Origin: Oscillospiraceae bacterium
GTDB taxonomy: Bacteria; Bacillota; Clostridia; Oscillospirales; CAG-272
Assembly (NCBI GenBank): GCA_015063955.1
Contig: SVTD01000002.1
Span: forward strand, 8,236 to 72,235
DNA: 64,000 nt
Direction of reading: 5' to 3'
Each line of letters starts with the position of its first letter. Within the stretch, counting starts at the first letter, position 1. Below the pieces are notes generated by a model, which had not been told where the DNA came from, did no database searches, and saw only the letters and a program-made list of their open reading frames with translations. This document shows, piece after piece, positions 18,964-29,192 of the stretch. The position numbers were made by a program, and so were the translations under genes.

Positions 18964-19692
18964 TCATTTGCTTTGATAATATTGCTTTGTACGAAGCTTT
19001 CCCGTCACCTTTACTGTCAGGAAAAATCCGAGAAGGATAAGGAGGATGATAAAGGGGAAGGAGAATATGTAATAAAGATAATCGGAAAAAATGCTTTTAA
19101 GCTCAGTTTCGGTAGGGGTGCCGTATTTTACGATGAAGGGAATAACGTTCATAACTGTAAGATCGGCAATAAGGATGAAGCTGTATGCACCTGCCGTGCT
19201 GAAGGCTGCCTTTATGGGGGAATAAAGGAGCTTTGAGTTTTCCTTTCCCGAGCAATCCCGCTTCTTTGCAAAAATATTGCTGAAAATGATGGCAAGGATC
19301 ACAAACAGAGCATCAAAAAGGATCTCAACTGTATAGGAAAGTGCGCCGGAAATAAGCTGTGCTGCCTGCAGCTCGTTTTCGATAAGGTTGTAAATAAACA
19401 TTACAGCCTTGCCGACGAACAGGGATGCAAAGCAAAGGAGTGCGATTTCCGTGCAGGTCTTTCTTCCGAAATATGAATGTGCATAAACTACGGCAGTAAA
19501 CGTAAATGCCACAGCCATAAGATTAAAAAGATCGTAGCCGTAATAGCTTACGTATACAAAGGGAGCGGGAACCGTAACGTCCGAATAAGCCCACATATAC
19601 GTGATATGGAGGAGCTTTGATATAAGCACGGACAACAGAACGGCTCCGACAGAGAATAGCCTGAAAGAGGTCGTTATTTTATTTTTTGCCAT
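18964..19692 (-). CDS. Hypothetical polytopic membrane protein
   Basis: The protein is hydrophobic with about 6-7 helices. The start is moved to MAKNKITT (19692), because the longer version has no RBS or membrane logic. Confidence 0.5.
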   Translation of the reverse strand: MAKNKITTSFRLFSVGAVLLSVLISKLLHITYMWAYSDVTVPAPFVYVSYYGYDLFNLMAVAFTFTAVVYAHSYFGRKTCTEIALLCFASLFVGKAVMFIYNLIENELQAAQLISGALSYTVEILFDALFVILAIIFSNIFAKKRDCSGKENSKLLYSPIKAAFSTAGAYSFILIADLTVMNVIPFIVKYGTPTETELKSIFSDYLYYIFSFPFIILLILLGFFLTVKVTGKLRTKQYYQSK

Positions 19693-19854
19693 AGCATCTC
19701 CGAAGCGGTCTTGATTCAACGGTAAAAACCGATACAAATATTTTACCACACTGAAGGCGACAATACAAGGTTTAAATTTGTAAATTTTCGGTCCTGACAT
19801 ATTGTTTTTTCTTTTTGAATATAATTTCAAAAATCAGAAAGGAAAAATATATGT

Positions 19855-20802
19855 ATGTCAAGCAATTACAGAAAGCCGATCGACCGCGAACGGGCACTTC
19901 TTGATCTTGCCGTCCCCTGCGACTATACGTCTCTGTGCACTTTTATTGAGATAATGGCAGAGCGATACGATTTTTTATCCGTTACGGGAATCGGAGAGTC
20001 GATCCTCTCAAGGAAAATATATATGCTTACCCTCGGCAATGAAAAAGCAGAAAAGAGCGTTCTTTACGTAGGATGCCATCACGGTGCAGAGTGGATAACC
20101 TCCCTCGTTCTTCTAAGACTCGTAAACGAGCTGTGCGAGTATTACAAAGCATCAAAGCAGCCCTTCGGTATAAATATGCAGACTTTATTTTCTCAAAGAT
20201 GCCTGCGTATCGTCCCCTGTCTTAATCCCGACGGTGCCGACCTTGTGATTAACGGGGTATCAAAGGAGAATATCCTCTATGAGAGGCTTATGAAAATGTC
20301 CGGCGGTGATTTTTCAAAATGGCAGGCAAATGCAAGAGGCGTTGACCTTAACCATAATTACGATGGAGGATTTCTTGAGTACAAAAGGCTTGAGAAGGAG
20401 AATAAAATATATCCCGGAGCAACAAGATATTCCGGTGAATGTCCTCTTTCCGAGCCGGAGACTGCGTCTCTTGCAAGCTTCATAAAATACGATTCAACAG
20501 TCAGAATGATCCTCACCCTCCACTCTGCGGGGGAGGAGATATATTATTCATCAGGCGGCGTATATCCGCCCGGAGCAAGGTCTATAGCAGAAAAGCTGTC
20601 AAGGCTTTCCGGCTATAAGCTTTCGGAGCCCTCGGGACTTGCATCCTACGGCGGGCTTACGGATTGGTATATAAAAGAATTCGGGCGTCCCGCATTTACC
20701 GTTGAATGCGGCAAGGGTGAAAACCCTATCGGCGAGAGTAAATACTTTTCAATTTACGCAGCGATACGCGAGATGCTGATGACAGCCCCCCTTTTGATAT
20801 GA
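19855..20802 (+). CDS. M14-family zinc carboxypeptidase (gamma-D-glutamyl-meso-diaminopimelate peptidase-like)
   Basis: 315 aa with HHGAEWITS (Zn ligands HxxE), NPDG and a later LHS histidine, matching the M14 pattern seen in murein peptide peptidases. Confidence 0.7.
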   Translation: MSSNYRKPIDRERALLDLAVPCDYTSLCTFIEIMAERYDFLSVTGIGESILSRKIYMLTLGNEKAEKSVLYVGCHHGAEWITSLVLLRLVNELCEYYKASKQPFGINMQTLFSQRCLRIVPCLNPDGADLVINGVSKENILYERLMKMSGGDFSKWQANARGVDLNHNYDGGFLEYKRLEKENKIYPGATRYSGECPLSEPETASLASFIKYDSTVRMILTLHSAGEEIYYSSGGVYPPGARSIAEKLSRLSGYKLSEPSGLASYGGLTDWYIKEFGRPAFTVECGKGENPIGESKYFSIYAAIREMLMTAPLLI

Positions 20803-20864
20803 TTGTTGACACGGAGCCTTTTTTGGGGTAAAATAATTGTATTATAAAGAAAAGGATAAGAAAA

Positions 20865-23378
20865 ATGACAGAATCCAAAAAGCTTCTGATAGTTGACGGA
20901 AACAGCATATTAAACCGTGCATTTTACGGTATCCGCCCCCTTTCAACGAAGGAGGGGATCCCCACAAATGCGGTGTACGGCTTTATAACTATACTCAAAA
21001 AGCATATAGACAGCCTTTCCCCCGATTATCTTGCCTGTGCCTTTGACCTGAAGGAACCCACGTTCCGACACAAAATGTACGACGGATATAAGGCAAACCG
21101 TCACCCTATGCCGGATGAGCTTGCCGCACAGCTCCCCTGGGCAAAGAGAACGGCAAAGGCTATGGGCTTTACCGTTATCGAGTGTCCGGGCTGGGAGGCA
21201 GACGACGTTCTCGGAACGGTTGCCGGCATGGCAGACAGCGAGGGCGGCATCAAGTCATATATCCTTACGGGAGACCGCGACTCGCTCCAGCTTATAACTG
21301 ATACGACCTCCGTTATCCTCGTTAAAACGAAAGAGGATATCGTTTTTGACAGAGAGAAATTTATTGCCGAATACGGTGTGACCCCCGAGGGATTCATTCA
21401 CGTAAAGGCTCTCATGGGCGACTCCTCCGACAACATCCCCGGTGTTAAGGGTATCGGCGAGAAGACTGCATTCAAGCTGATCGCCGCATCTCAGAGCCTT
21501 GACGGGCTTTATGCAGACGAAGCTCTCGGCGGCGCGGGAAAAAGCGCAAGGGAAAAGCTCCTTTCGGGAAAAGAAGCCGCATATATGTCCTATGAGCTTT
21601 CAAAGATCAGTCGAGAGGCACCTATAGGTCTTTCTCTTGAGGATATCGAAAACGGCGGTGCAGATAAAGGTGATCTGCTGGAGATTTTCACCCGTCTTGA
21701 GTTTTCAGCTCTTGCAAAGCGCTTTGACTTTGAAGATGAGAAATACTCTGCTCAGGCTGAAATTACCGCTCCGGAGGCTGTCGAGGCTTCGGCTGAGGAG
21801 ATACTCGGCGAGACTTCGCCCTCAGCTCTTGCGGTAATTGACGGCTGCCTTTACTGTGCCACTGCAAAAAAAATATATAAAGTTACAGGTGACGCTGCTC
21901 CGGTTTTTGCAAAGGGCTTTATCTGCCACGATTATAAAGAGCTATATAAGTATATGATGAAAAACAATTATATCGGAGAGTGTCTCTTCGATACTATGAG
22001 TGCATCATATCTTCTTTCTCCCGGAGAGAGCGCATATCCCATAGAAAAATCAGTGGTCCGTTATCTCGGAGAGCAGGCGATTCAGAGCGAGGGTGGGGCG
22101 GCATGGTACTGCGCGCGGCTTTATCCCCACCTGAGTGAAGCACTTGAAGAGCAGGGGATGACATCGGTTCTTGAACGGATCGAGATACCTCTTTCACCCG
22201 TTCTTGCCAAGATGGAGAATGTAGGCTTCAGGCTGGATAAGGAGGGGCTTCGCTCTTATATCGGTCAGCTCGTATCCTTGCAGGAGCAGCTTTGTGAGCG
22301 GATCTACGTACAGGCGGGAAGAGAATTTAATATCAATTCTCCGAAGCAGCTTGGTGAGGTGCTTTTTGAGGATCTCGGTCTTCCCGTAAAGAAAAAGACG
22401 AAAACGGGATATGCAACGGATGCGGAAACTCTTTCCTCTCTACGCGCATATCACGGTATAATCGACGATATCCTTGATTTTCGTCAGGTTGCAAAGCTCG
22501 TGGGAACCTACGGCGAGAATATTATTGCTCTTTGCGATGAAGAATCAAGGATCCATACGCGCTTTAATCAGACGGGAACGGCTACGGGTCGCCTTTCCTC
22601 TCTTGACCCCAATTTGCAGAATATCCCAGTCAGAGGCCAGCTCGGACGCGAGCTGAGAAGATATTTTACCGCAACGGACAGCGATCATATCCTTGTGGAC
22701 GCCGACTATTCTCAGATCGAGCTGAGACTCCTTGCTGAGATGTCAGGCGACGATGTGATGCAGAATATCTACCTTGAGGGCGGAGATATCCACGCATCCA
22801 CCGCCGCAAAGGTATTCGGCGTTGCTCCCGAGCTTGTAACGAAGGAGCTTCGTTCAAAAGCAAAGGCTGTAAACTTCGGTATCGTTTACGGCATCGGAGA
22901 TTTCTCCCTTTCTCAGGATCTTCACGTTTCCCGTAAGGCCGCCCGCGAGTATATAGACAGCTATCTCGCAACCTTCCCCGGAGTAGATAAATATCTGAAG
23001 GATACGGTTGAAAAAGCGAAGGAGGACGGCTATACAACGACCCTTCTCGGCCGCCGCCGCCCGATCCCCGAGCTTGCGGCTCAGAATAAGAATCTCCGCG
23101 CCTTCGGCGAGCGAGTTGCAATGAACAGCCCCATTCAGGGCACTGCGGCAGATATAATAAAGATCGCAATGATAAACGTAGATAAGGCGCTGGCAGACTC
23201 GGGTATAGATGCACGCCTTATTCTGCAGGTACACGACGAGCTTATCGTTGAGGCAAGCCTTGACAGCGCAGATGAGGCGGCAGAGATACTCGTCCGTGAA
23301 ATGAAAAACGCATATAAAACAGTCGTTCCCCTTGACGTTGAAGCAAACAAGGGAAGAACGTGGTACGACGCAAAATAA
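20865..23378 (+). CDS. polA: DNA polymerase I
   Basis: 837 aa with a 5'-nuclease domain (LLIVDGNSILNRAFY, GDSSDNIPGVKGIGEKTA) and polymerase motifs A (DYSQIELR), B (RSKAKAVNFGIVYG) and C (QVHDEL). Confidence 0.95.
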   Translation: MTESKKLLIVDGNSILNRAFYGIRPLSTKEGIPTNAVYGFITILKKHIDSLSPDYLACAFDLKEPTFRHKMYDGYKANRHPMPDELAAQLPWAKRTAKAMGFTVIECPGWEADDVLGTVAGMADSEGGIKSYILTGDRDSLQLITDTTSVILVKTKEDIVFDREKFIAEYGVTPEGFIHVKALMGDSSDNIPGVKGIGEKTAFKLIAASQSLDGLYADEALGGAGKSAREKLLSGKEAAYMSYELSKISREAPIGLSLEDIENGGADKGDLLEIFTRLEFSALAKRFDFEDEKYSAQAEITAPEAVEASAEEILGETSPSALAVIDGCLYCATAKKIYKVTGDAAPVFAKGFICHDYKELYKYMMKNNYIGECLFDTMSASYLLSPGESAYPIEKSVVRYLGEQAIQSEGGAAWYCARLYPHLSEALEEQGMTSVLERIEIPLSPVLAKMENVGFRLDKEGLRSYIGQLVSLQEQLCERIYVQAGREFNINSPKQLGEVLFEDLGLPVKKKTKTGYATDAETLSSLRAYHGIIDDILDFRQVAKLVGTYGENIIALCDEESRIHTRFNQTGTATGRLSSLDPNLQNIPVRGQLGRELRRYFTATDSDHILVDADYSQIELRLLAEMSGDDVMQNIYLEGGDIHASTAAKVFGVAPELVTKELRSKAKAVNFGIVYGIGDFSLSQDLHVSRKAAREYIDSYLATFPGVDKYLKDTVEKAKEDGYTTTLLGRRRPIPELAAQNKNLRAFGERVAMNSPIQGTAADIIKIAMINVDKALADSGIDARLILQVHDELIVEASLDSADEAAEILVREMKNAYKTVVPLDVEANKGRTWYDAK

Positions 23379-23422
23379 GAACCTTTAGCTTTTAGAAGAC
23401 CCCGCCAAATTTTTGATTTGTT

Positions 23423-23480
23423 AAGACCTTGCAAAAGCCTGATTCTTTCGTGCTTTTGCAGGGTCTTATTTTTGCTTTTT
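23423..23480 (+). terminator. polA terminator
   Basis: A 16-bp stem (aagaccttgcaaaagc / gcttttgcagggtctt, 1 mismatch) is followed by a T-rich tract. Confidence 0.75.
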
Positions 23481-23542
23481 GGTAATATTGTACAAGGCGA
23501 TCGTGGGTGTTTTGGTGTTGCTCATAAATATGGATAAACCCC

Positions 23543-23571
23543 TTGACTTTAGCGAGTTAAAGTGATAAACT
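23543..23571 (+). promoter_or_regulatory. Promoter of the yerC-his operon
   Basis: TTGACT-17 nt-TAAACT lies about 30 nt upstream of the yerC-like start. The AT-rich region with TTAA-containing partial dyads around it could be an operator; this is unverified. Confidence 0.45.
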
Positions 23572-23601
23572 GTTAAGCAATTAATACATCAGGGGTATAT
23601 T

Positions 23602-23901
23602 ATGACAAACATTCATTCTACGTCCATCGATACGTTGTTTAAAACTATACTCAATCTTGAAACTGTAGACGATTGCTATATGTATTTTGAGGACCTTTGT
23701 ACCGTTAAAGAATTGCAGGATATGGCACAGCGGCTTGAAACGGCAATGCTTCTCGATAACGGGGAAAATTACCAGACGATCTCCGAAAAAGTTGGCATCA
23801 GTACCGCAACCATCGGCAGAGTCAGCAAGTGTCTGAAATACGGAAGCGGCGGCTACCGTAAGGCGATCGATAAACTGAAATCAGAGGAATCAGATAAATG
23901 A
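23602..23901 (+). CDS. YerC/YecD (TrpR-related) DNA-binding protein, probable histidine-operon regulator
   Basis: 99 aa with the YerC-type sequence (CTVKELQDMAQRLE ... ISTATIGRVSKCLKYGSGGY). The stop overlaps the hisZ start (ATGA). Confidence 0.75.
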   Translation: MTNIHSTSIDTLFKTILNLETVDDCYMYFEDLCTVKELQDMAQRLETAMLLDNGENYQTISEKVGISTATIGRVSKCLKYGSGGYRKAIDKLKSEESDK

Positions 23902-25022
23902 ATATAAATGACACAGTTCTTAAGTATGACGAAAAAGCGATCTTTGCTTTAAGAGAGCTTTATTCAAAATACGGCTATACTCAGTATAAAATGAGCAAGT
24001 TCGAGGAATACGATCTTTACGTAAGGAATAAGGATTTCCTCATTTCCGAGGGTGTCATCACCTTCACTGATACCAACGGACGTCTTATGGCGCTGAAGCC
24101 TGACGTGACCCTTTCCATAATCAAAAATTCCAAGGATATTCCGGGATTTGTTCAGAAGCTTTATTATAATGAAAACGTCTACAGAGTATCAGATAAGACT
24201 CATACCTTCAAGGAGATAATGCAGGTGGGTCTTGAGTGCATCGGCGATATTGACGATTACTGCATCGGCGAGGTGCTTTCCCTTGCGGCAAAGAGCCTTG
24301 TCAGTATAGATGAAAACTCAGTTCTTGATATTTCTCATCTCGGAATTCTTTCTTCTGTGTTTGACAGCGCAGGCATTCCGGAGGATGGACGCGACAGCGT
24401 GCTGAAGCTTATAGGAGAAAAGAATACTCACGAGCTTACAAGGCTTTGCGAGACCATGGGTATCGAAAAAGAAAAAACTGAGCTTATTAAAAAGCTTATA
24501 GGAACATACGGTGCTCCCTGCGACGTTCTCCCCGTTCTTCGGGAGATGCTTACCGGCTCTTGTGATGAATCTGCCCTCGATCAACTTGAAACGGTCATTG
24601 CAAATATCAGCGATGAGGATTTTGCAAAAATAATCAGAATAGATTTTTCAGTTGTCAGCGATATAAAATATTATAACGGGATCGTATTCAAGGGCTTCAT
24701 CGACGGCATTCCCCAAAGCGTGCTTTCAGGCGGTCAGTATGACAGACTGATGAAGAAAATGCAGAAAAGATCAGGTGCTGTGGGCTTTGCGGTTTATCTT
24801 GACCTTCTTGAAAGACTTCTTTCAGACGTCCGCAGATACGATGCCGAAACGGTGATCCTTTACGAAGAGGGAACCGATATAAGTTTAATAAAAAATACTG
24901 TTGAGAAGTATTCTCAGAGCGGAAGCGTATCCGTTCAGAGAGCCCTTCCCGAAAAATTCGTATATAAAAAGCTTGTAAAGATCGTAAAAGGAGAGGTGAC
25001 AGAGGTTGAAAACAATGCTTAA
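23898..25022 (+). CDS. hisZ: ATP phosphoribosyltransferase regulatory subunit
   Basis: 374 aa, a HisRS-like paralog lacking the anticodon domain, sitting directly before a short-form hisG. Confidence 0.85.
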   Translation: MNINDTVLKYDEKAIFALRELYSKYGYTQYKMSKFEEYDLYVRNKDFLISEGVITFTDTNGRLMALKPDVTLSIIKNSKDIPGFVQKLYYNENVYRVSDKTHTFKEIMQVGLECIGDIDDYCIGEVLSLAAKSLVSIDENSVLDISHLGILSSVFDSAGIPEDGRDSVLKLIGEKNTHELTRLCETMGIEKEKTELIKKLIGTYGAPCDVLPVLREMLTGSCDESALDQLETVIANISDEDFAKIIRIDFSVVSDIKYYNGIVFKGFIDGIPQSVLSGGQYDRLMKKMQKRSGAVGFAVYLDLLERLLSDVRRYDAETVILYEEGTDISLIKNTVEKYSQSGSVSVQRALPEKFVYKKLVKIVKGEVTEVENNA

Positions 25023-25647
25023 CGTTGCTCTCCCTAAGGGAAGACTTGGCGAAAAGGTTTACGCCATGTTTGAGGCGGCAGGCTTTGAGTGCCCCTCCAT
25101 CAAGGAACAGAACAGAAAGCTCATATTTGAGAACGAAGAGGTGGGTGTCCGTTATTTCTGGGTAAAGCCCTCGGATATTGCCATCTACGTTGAAAGAGGT
25201 GCGGCAGACATCGGCGTTGCGGGTAAGGATATTCTTCTTGAGTACAGCCCCGACGTATACGAGCTTCTCGATCTCGATATCGGAAAATGCAGAATGGCAG
25301 TGGCGGCAAAATCGGATTTCCGCGATGACCCTCAGAGAACTCTCAGAGTTGCAACAAAGTTTTCCAATATCGCAAAGAGCTATTACACCTCCATTGACCG
25401 CGATATAGATATTATACATCTTAACGGCTCAATTGAGATCGCTCCCATTCTCGATCTTTCCGACGTTATCGTAGATATTGTTGAAACGGGAAAGACCCTT
25501 AAAGAAAACGATCTTGAGGTGTTTGAGACCATCGTTCCCATAAGCGCCCGTCTTATTGCAAATAAGTCAAGCTTCAAGTTCAAGAACGAACAGATAGAAA
25601 AGATAGTGCGCGAAATTTCAAATCAGTTAGAGGCAAAAAATGATTAA
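25015..25647 (+). CDS. hisG: ATP phosphoribosyltransferase (short form)
   Basis: MLNVALPKGRL ... ETGKTLKEN. The start is ambiguous: TTG 25006 in the track versus ATG 25015 with an AGAGG RBS. Confidence 0.9.
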   Translation: MLNVALPKGRLGEKVYAMFEAAGFECPSIKEQNRKLIFENEEVGVRYFWVKPSDIAIYVERGAADIGVAGKDILLEYSPDVYELLDLDIGKCRMAVAAKSDFRDDPQRTLRVATKFSNIAKSYYTSIDRDIDIIHLNGSIEIAPILDLSDVIVDIVETGKTLKENDLEVFETIVPISARLIANKSSFKFKNEQIEKIVREISNQLEAKND

Positions 25648-26917
25648 GATATACGAATACGGCAAGGTTGCAAACGAGGATATATTCGCCCGTGTTGAGC
25701 CTGAATTCGACGTTGAAGCCGTAGTTTCAGAAATAATAGAAAACGTTAAGAAAAACGGAGACCGTGCGCTTTTTGAATACTGCGAAAGGTTTGATAAAGC
25801 AACACTTTCAAGCCTTCTCGTAACAGAAGAGGAGATCGCCGAGGCAGTAGAGGCAGTTGAGCCCGAGTTTCTTGATATTCTCAGGAAAGCGGCTGCAAAC
25901 ATCAAAAAGTTCCACGAAAGGCAGGTCAGAAACAGCTTTATCATCAACGATGAAGCGGGTATCGTTATCGGACAGAAGGTGATCCCCGTAGACCGTGCAG
26001 GACTTTACGTGCCCGGCGGTACCGCGGCATATCCTTCAACCGTTCTTATGGACTCCATTCCTGCAAAGATCGCAGGCGTGAAGGAAGTAGTAATGGTGAC
26101 ACCGCCCACGAAAGAGGGAAAGGTAAACCCCGTTATTCTTGCCGCGGCATACGTTGCGGGTGTTGATAAGATATTCAAGGTAGGAGGCGCACAGGCAATT
26201 GCCGCCCTTGCATACGGTACTGAAAGCGTTCCCCGTGTTGATAAGATAGTGGGTCCCGGAAACGCATTCGTTGCAGAGGCAAAGAAGCAGGTCTTCGGCA
26301 AGGTCTCCATTGATATGATAGCAGGTCCCAGCGAAATTCTTATCGTAGCTGACGCAAAGTCAGATGCTTCTCACGTTGCGGCAGACCTTCTTTCTCAGGC
26401 AGAGCACGACAGACTTGCAAGCGCAGTTCTCGTAACTGATTCCATATACCTTGCAAACGCTGTAAGCGCAGAGCTTGAAAAGCAGATACCTAAGCTTTTG
26501 AGAGCGGATATTGCAAGAGCCTCCATAGATAATAACGGCAAGATCATCGTTGCCGACAGCCTTATGCGGGCTATTGACATCGCAAACGAGATCGCCCCCG
26601 AGCATCTTGAGCTTTGCGTTGACAATCCCTTCGATTATCTGGACGCGATCCGTCACGCAGGTTCCATCTTTATGGGCAGAAACTGCCCCGAGGCTCTCGG
26701 TGATTACTTTGCAGGCCCCAACCACACCCTCCCCACAAGCGGAACCGCAAAGTTCTCAAGCCCTCTTTCCGTTGACGATTTTGTAAAGAAGACACAGTAT
26801 ACATATTATACGAGAGAAGCTCTCGAGCGCGTTGCCGACGACGTTGCATATTTTGCAACCAAGGAAGGCCTTACAGCTCACGCAAACAGCGCGATCATCA
26901 GAACCAAAGGAAACTAA
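25640..26917 (+). CDS. hisD: Histidinol dehydrogenase
   Basis: 425 aa with the motifs VGGAQAIAALAYGT, GPGNAFV and QAEHD. Confidence 0.95.
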   Translation: MIKIYEYGKVANEDIFARVEPEFDVEAVVSEIIENVKKNGDRALFEYCERFDKATLSSLLVTEEEIAEAVEAVEPEFLDILRKAAANIKKFHERQVRNSFIINDEAGIVIGQKVIPVDRAGLYVPGGTAAYPSTVLMDSIPAKIAGVKEVVMVTPPTKEGKVNPVILAAAYVAGVDKIFKVGGAQAIAALAYGTESVPRVDKIVGPGNAFVAEAKKQVFGKVSIDMIAGPSEILIVADAKSDASHVAADLLSQAEHDRLASAVLVTDSIYLANAVSAELEKQIPKLLRADIARASIDNNGKIIVADSLMRAIDIANEIAPEHLELCVDNPFDYLDAIRHAGSIFMGRNCPEALGDYFAGPNHTLPTSGTAKFSSPLSVDDFVKKTQYTYYTREALERVADDVAYFATKEGLTAHANSAIIRTKGN

Positions 26918-26918
26918 A

Positions 26919-27977
26919 ATGAGCCGTTTTTTCAGCGAAAAATATAAGAGCCTCGTGCCTTATACCCCGGGCGAGCAGCCGAAGGATATGAAGTACGTAA
27001 AGCTCAATACGAACGAATCTCCCTTTCCCCCCTCAAAAAAGGCTGTAGAATATGCGGCAGCGGAGGCAGGGAAGTATCAGCTCTATTCCGACCCCGAATG
27101 CACGGACCTTGTTGCGATTGCATCACGGCATTTCGGAGTTTGTAAGGACTGCATCCTTTTCACAAACGGATCGGATGAGATACTGAATTTTGCCTTTATG
27201 GCGTTTTGCGACTGTGACCGTCCTGCATATTTTCCGAATATAACCTACGGCTTTTATTCGGTGTTTGCAGAGATAAATAACGTTCCGTACGTTGAGATTC
27301 CCCTTTTGGAGGATTTCACAATCGATATTAACGACTACAAGGGCATAAAGGGAGCGATCTTTATTGCAAACCCCAACGCCCCCACGGGAATCGCACTTAC
27401 TCTCTCTCAGATCGAGGAGATCATAGTGTCAAATCCCGAAAGCGTAGTCGTTATTGACGAAGCATATGTGGATTTCGGAGCCGAGAGCGCGGTGCCGCTC
27501 ACAAAAAAGTACGATAACCTCCTAGTTACTCAGACCTTCTCAAAATCGCGGTCTATGGCAGGTGCCCGTCTCGGCTTCGGTATAGCTTCAAAGGCACTTA
27601 TCCAGGATCTTAATACCATCAAATATTCAACAAATCCCTATAACGTAAACCGCGCAACAATGGCGGCAGGCGTAGGCAGCCTTGAGGATGAGGACTATAC
27701 CGTCGAAAACTGCAAAAAGATCATTGCTACAAGAGAGAGAACGGCAAATGAGCTGAAGGCTCTCGGATTTGAGATGACAAAGTCGATGGCAAACTTCATC
27801 TTTGCCCGCCATCGTGAAATTGACGGCGAAAAATTATATCTTGAGCTTAAAGCTCGCGGAATTTTGGTTCGCCATTTCTCAAAGCCCGACCTATGTCAGT
27901 ATAACCGCATAACCGTGGGTACGGACGGGCAGATGGATACACTAATTTCGGCAATCAAAGAAATTCTTGGAGTTTAA
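26919..27977 (+). CDS. hisC: Histidinol-phosphate aminotransferase
   Basis: MSRFFSEKYKSLVPYTPGEQP, a PLP-Lys region (TFSKSRSMAGARLG). The start is moved to ATG 26919, immediately after the hisD stop. Confidence 0.9.
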   Translation: MSRFFSEKYKSLVPYTPGEQPKDMKYVKLNTNESPFPPSKKAVEYAAAEAGKYQLYSDPECTDLVAIASRHFGVCKDCILFTNGSDEILNFAFMAFCDCDRPAYFPNITYGFYSVFAEINNVPYVEIPLLEDFTIDINDYKGIKGAIFIANPNAPTGIALTLSQIEEIIVSNPESVVVIDEAYVDFGAESAVPLTKKYDNLLVTQTFSKSRSMAGARLGFGIASKALIQDLNTIKYSTNPYNVNRATMAAGVGSLEDEDYTVENCKKIIATRERTANELKALGFEMTKSMANFIFARHREIDGEKLYLELKARGILVRHFSKPDLCQYNRITVGTDGQMDTLISAIKEILGV

Positions 27978-27978
27978 T

Positions 27979-28566
27979 ATGAGAACTACTGAAATAAAAA
28001 GAAAAACTGCGGAAACAGATATTTCCTTAAAGCTGAATATTGACGGAAAGGGAATCAGCACGGTAAAAACAGGATGCGGTTTTCTCGATCATATGATAAC
28101 CCTCTTTGCCTCTCACGGTCGATTTGATATTGCTCTTACCTGCAACGGCGATACAGAGGTGGACTATCACCACACAGCAGAGGATATAGGTATCGTTCTC
28201 GGCGCGGCATTCAAGGAGGCTCTCGGCAATAAAAAGGGTATCGTTCGCTACGGAAACATGATTCTTCCAATGGATGAATCTCTTATTCTCTCCGCTGTCG
28301 ATTTTTCAGGCAGAGCTTATCTTGGCTATGCTCTCGATATCCCAACGGAAAAGGTAGGCGATTTTGATACGGAGCTTTGCGAGGAATTCTGGCTTGCATT
28401 TGTCCGCAACGTTGAGTGCACACTTCACATCCGTCAGCTCGCGGGCTATAATTCTCACCATATCATTGAAGGAGCCTTCAAATCCGTTGCCCGCTCTATC
28501 AGAGCTGCCGTTAAGATCGACTCTGATTTTGCAGATGAGATCCCCTCAACCAAGGGGGTACTTTAA
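27979..28566 (+). CDS. hisB: Imidazoleglycerol-phosphate dehydratase
   Basis: RKTAETDI ... GFLDHM ... HHTAEDIGI ... HHIIEG. Confidence 0.95.
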   Translation: MRTTEIKRKTAETDISLKLNIDGKGISTVKTGCGFLDHMITLFASHGRFDIALTCNGDTEVDYHHTAEDIGIVLGAAFKEALGNKKGIVRYGNMILPMDESLILSAVDFSGRAYLGYALDIPTEKVGDFDTELCEEFWLAFVRNVECTLHIRQLAGYNSHHIIEGAFKSVARSIRAAVKIDSDFADEIPSTKGVL

Positions 28567-29192
28567 TGGTAGCCATAGTAGATTACGGTGTAGGAAATCT
28601 CTTTTCCCTCAAAAGCTCACTTGAGGCTATCGGTGCTGACGTTTGCGTAACTGCCGATATAGAGGCTCTCCGCCGTGCCGATCAGATAATCCTCCCCGGT
28701 GTGGGCGCATTTGAGGATGCGGCAAGAAAGCTTCGCGAGAGCGGAATGTATGATGCGGTTATCGCTCTTGCAAAGGCAGGCAAACCACTTCTCGGTATTT
28801 GCCTCGGTATGCAGATGCTTTTTGAAAAAAGCTATGAGTACGGATGTCACGAGGGACTCGGACTTATTCGGGGATCTGTAAAGCCTATTTCCGACGTTAT
28901 TGCAAAGGATCTGAAGATCCCCCATATCGGCTGGAACGCCCTTGATTTTACAAAGGAAAGCCCTCTTTTCAAGTACATAAAGAACGGAGACTACGTTTAT
29001 TTCGTTCATTCCTACTACGGCGCAGATTGCGAGGATTCTGTGATCGCCAAGAGCGAATACGGTGCGCCCCTTACGGCGGCAGTAGCAGATAAAAACGTGT
29101 TCGGCTGTCAGTTCCATCCCGAAAAAAGCGGCGACGTGGGACTTGCAATTCTCCGCGCATTCGTTGAGATGAAGGAGGGAGAGATATGCTGA
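28566..29192 (+). CDS. hisH: Imidazole glycerol phosphate synthase, glutaminase subunit
   Basis: It is a class-I amidotransferase (LPGVGAF, GICLGMQ, QFHPEKS). Confidence 0.95.
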   Translation: MVAIVDYGVGNLFSLKSSLEAIGADVCVTADIEALRRADQIILPGVGAFEDAARKLRESGMYDAVIALAKAGKPLLGICLGMQMLFEKSYEYGCHEGLGLIRGSVKPISDVIAKDLKIPHIGWNALDFTKESPLFKYIKNGDYVYFVHSYYGADCEDSVIAKSEYGAPLTAAVADKNVFGCQFHPEKSGDVGLAILRAFVEMKEGEIC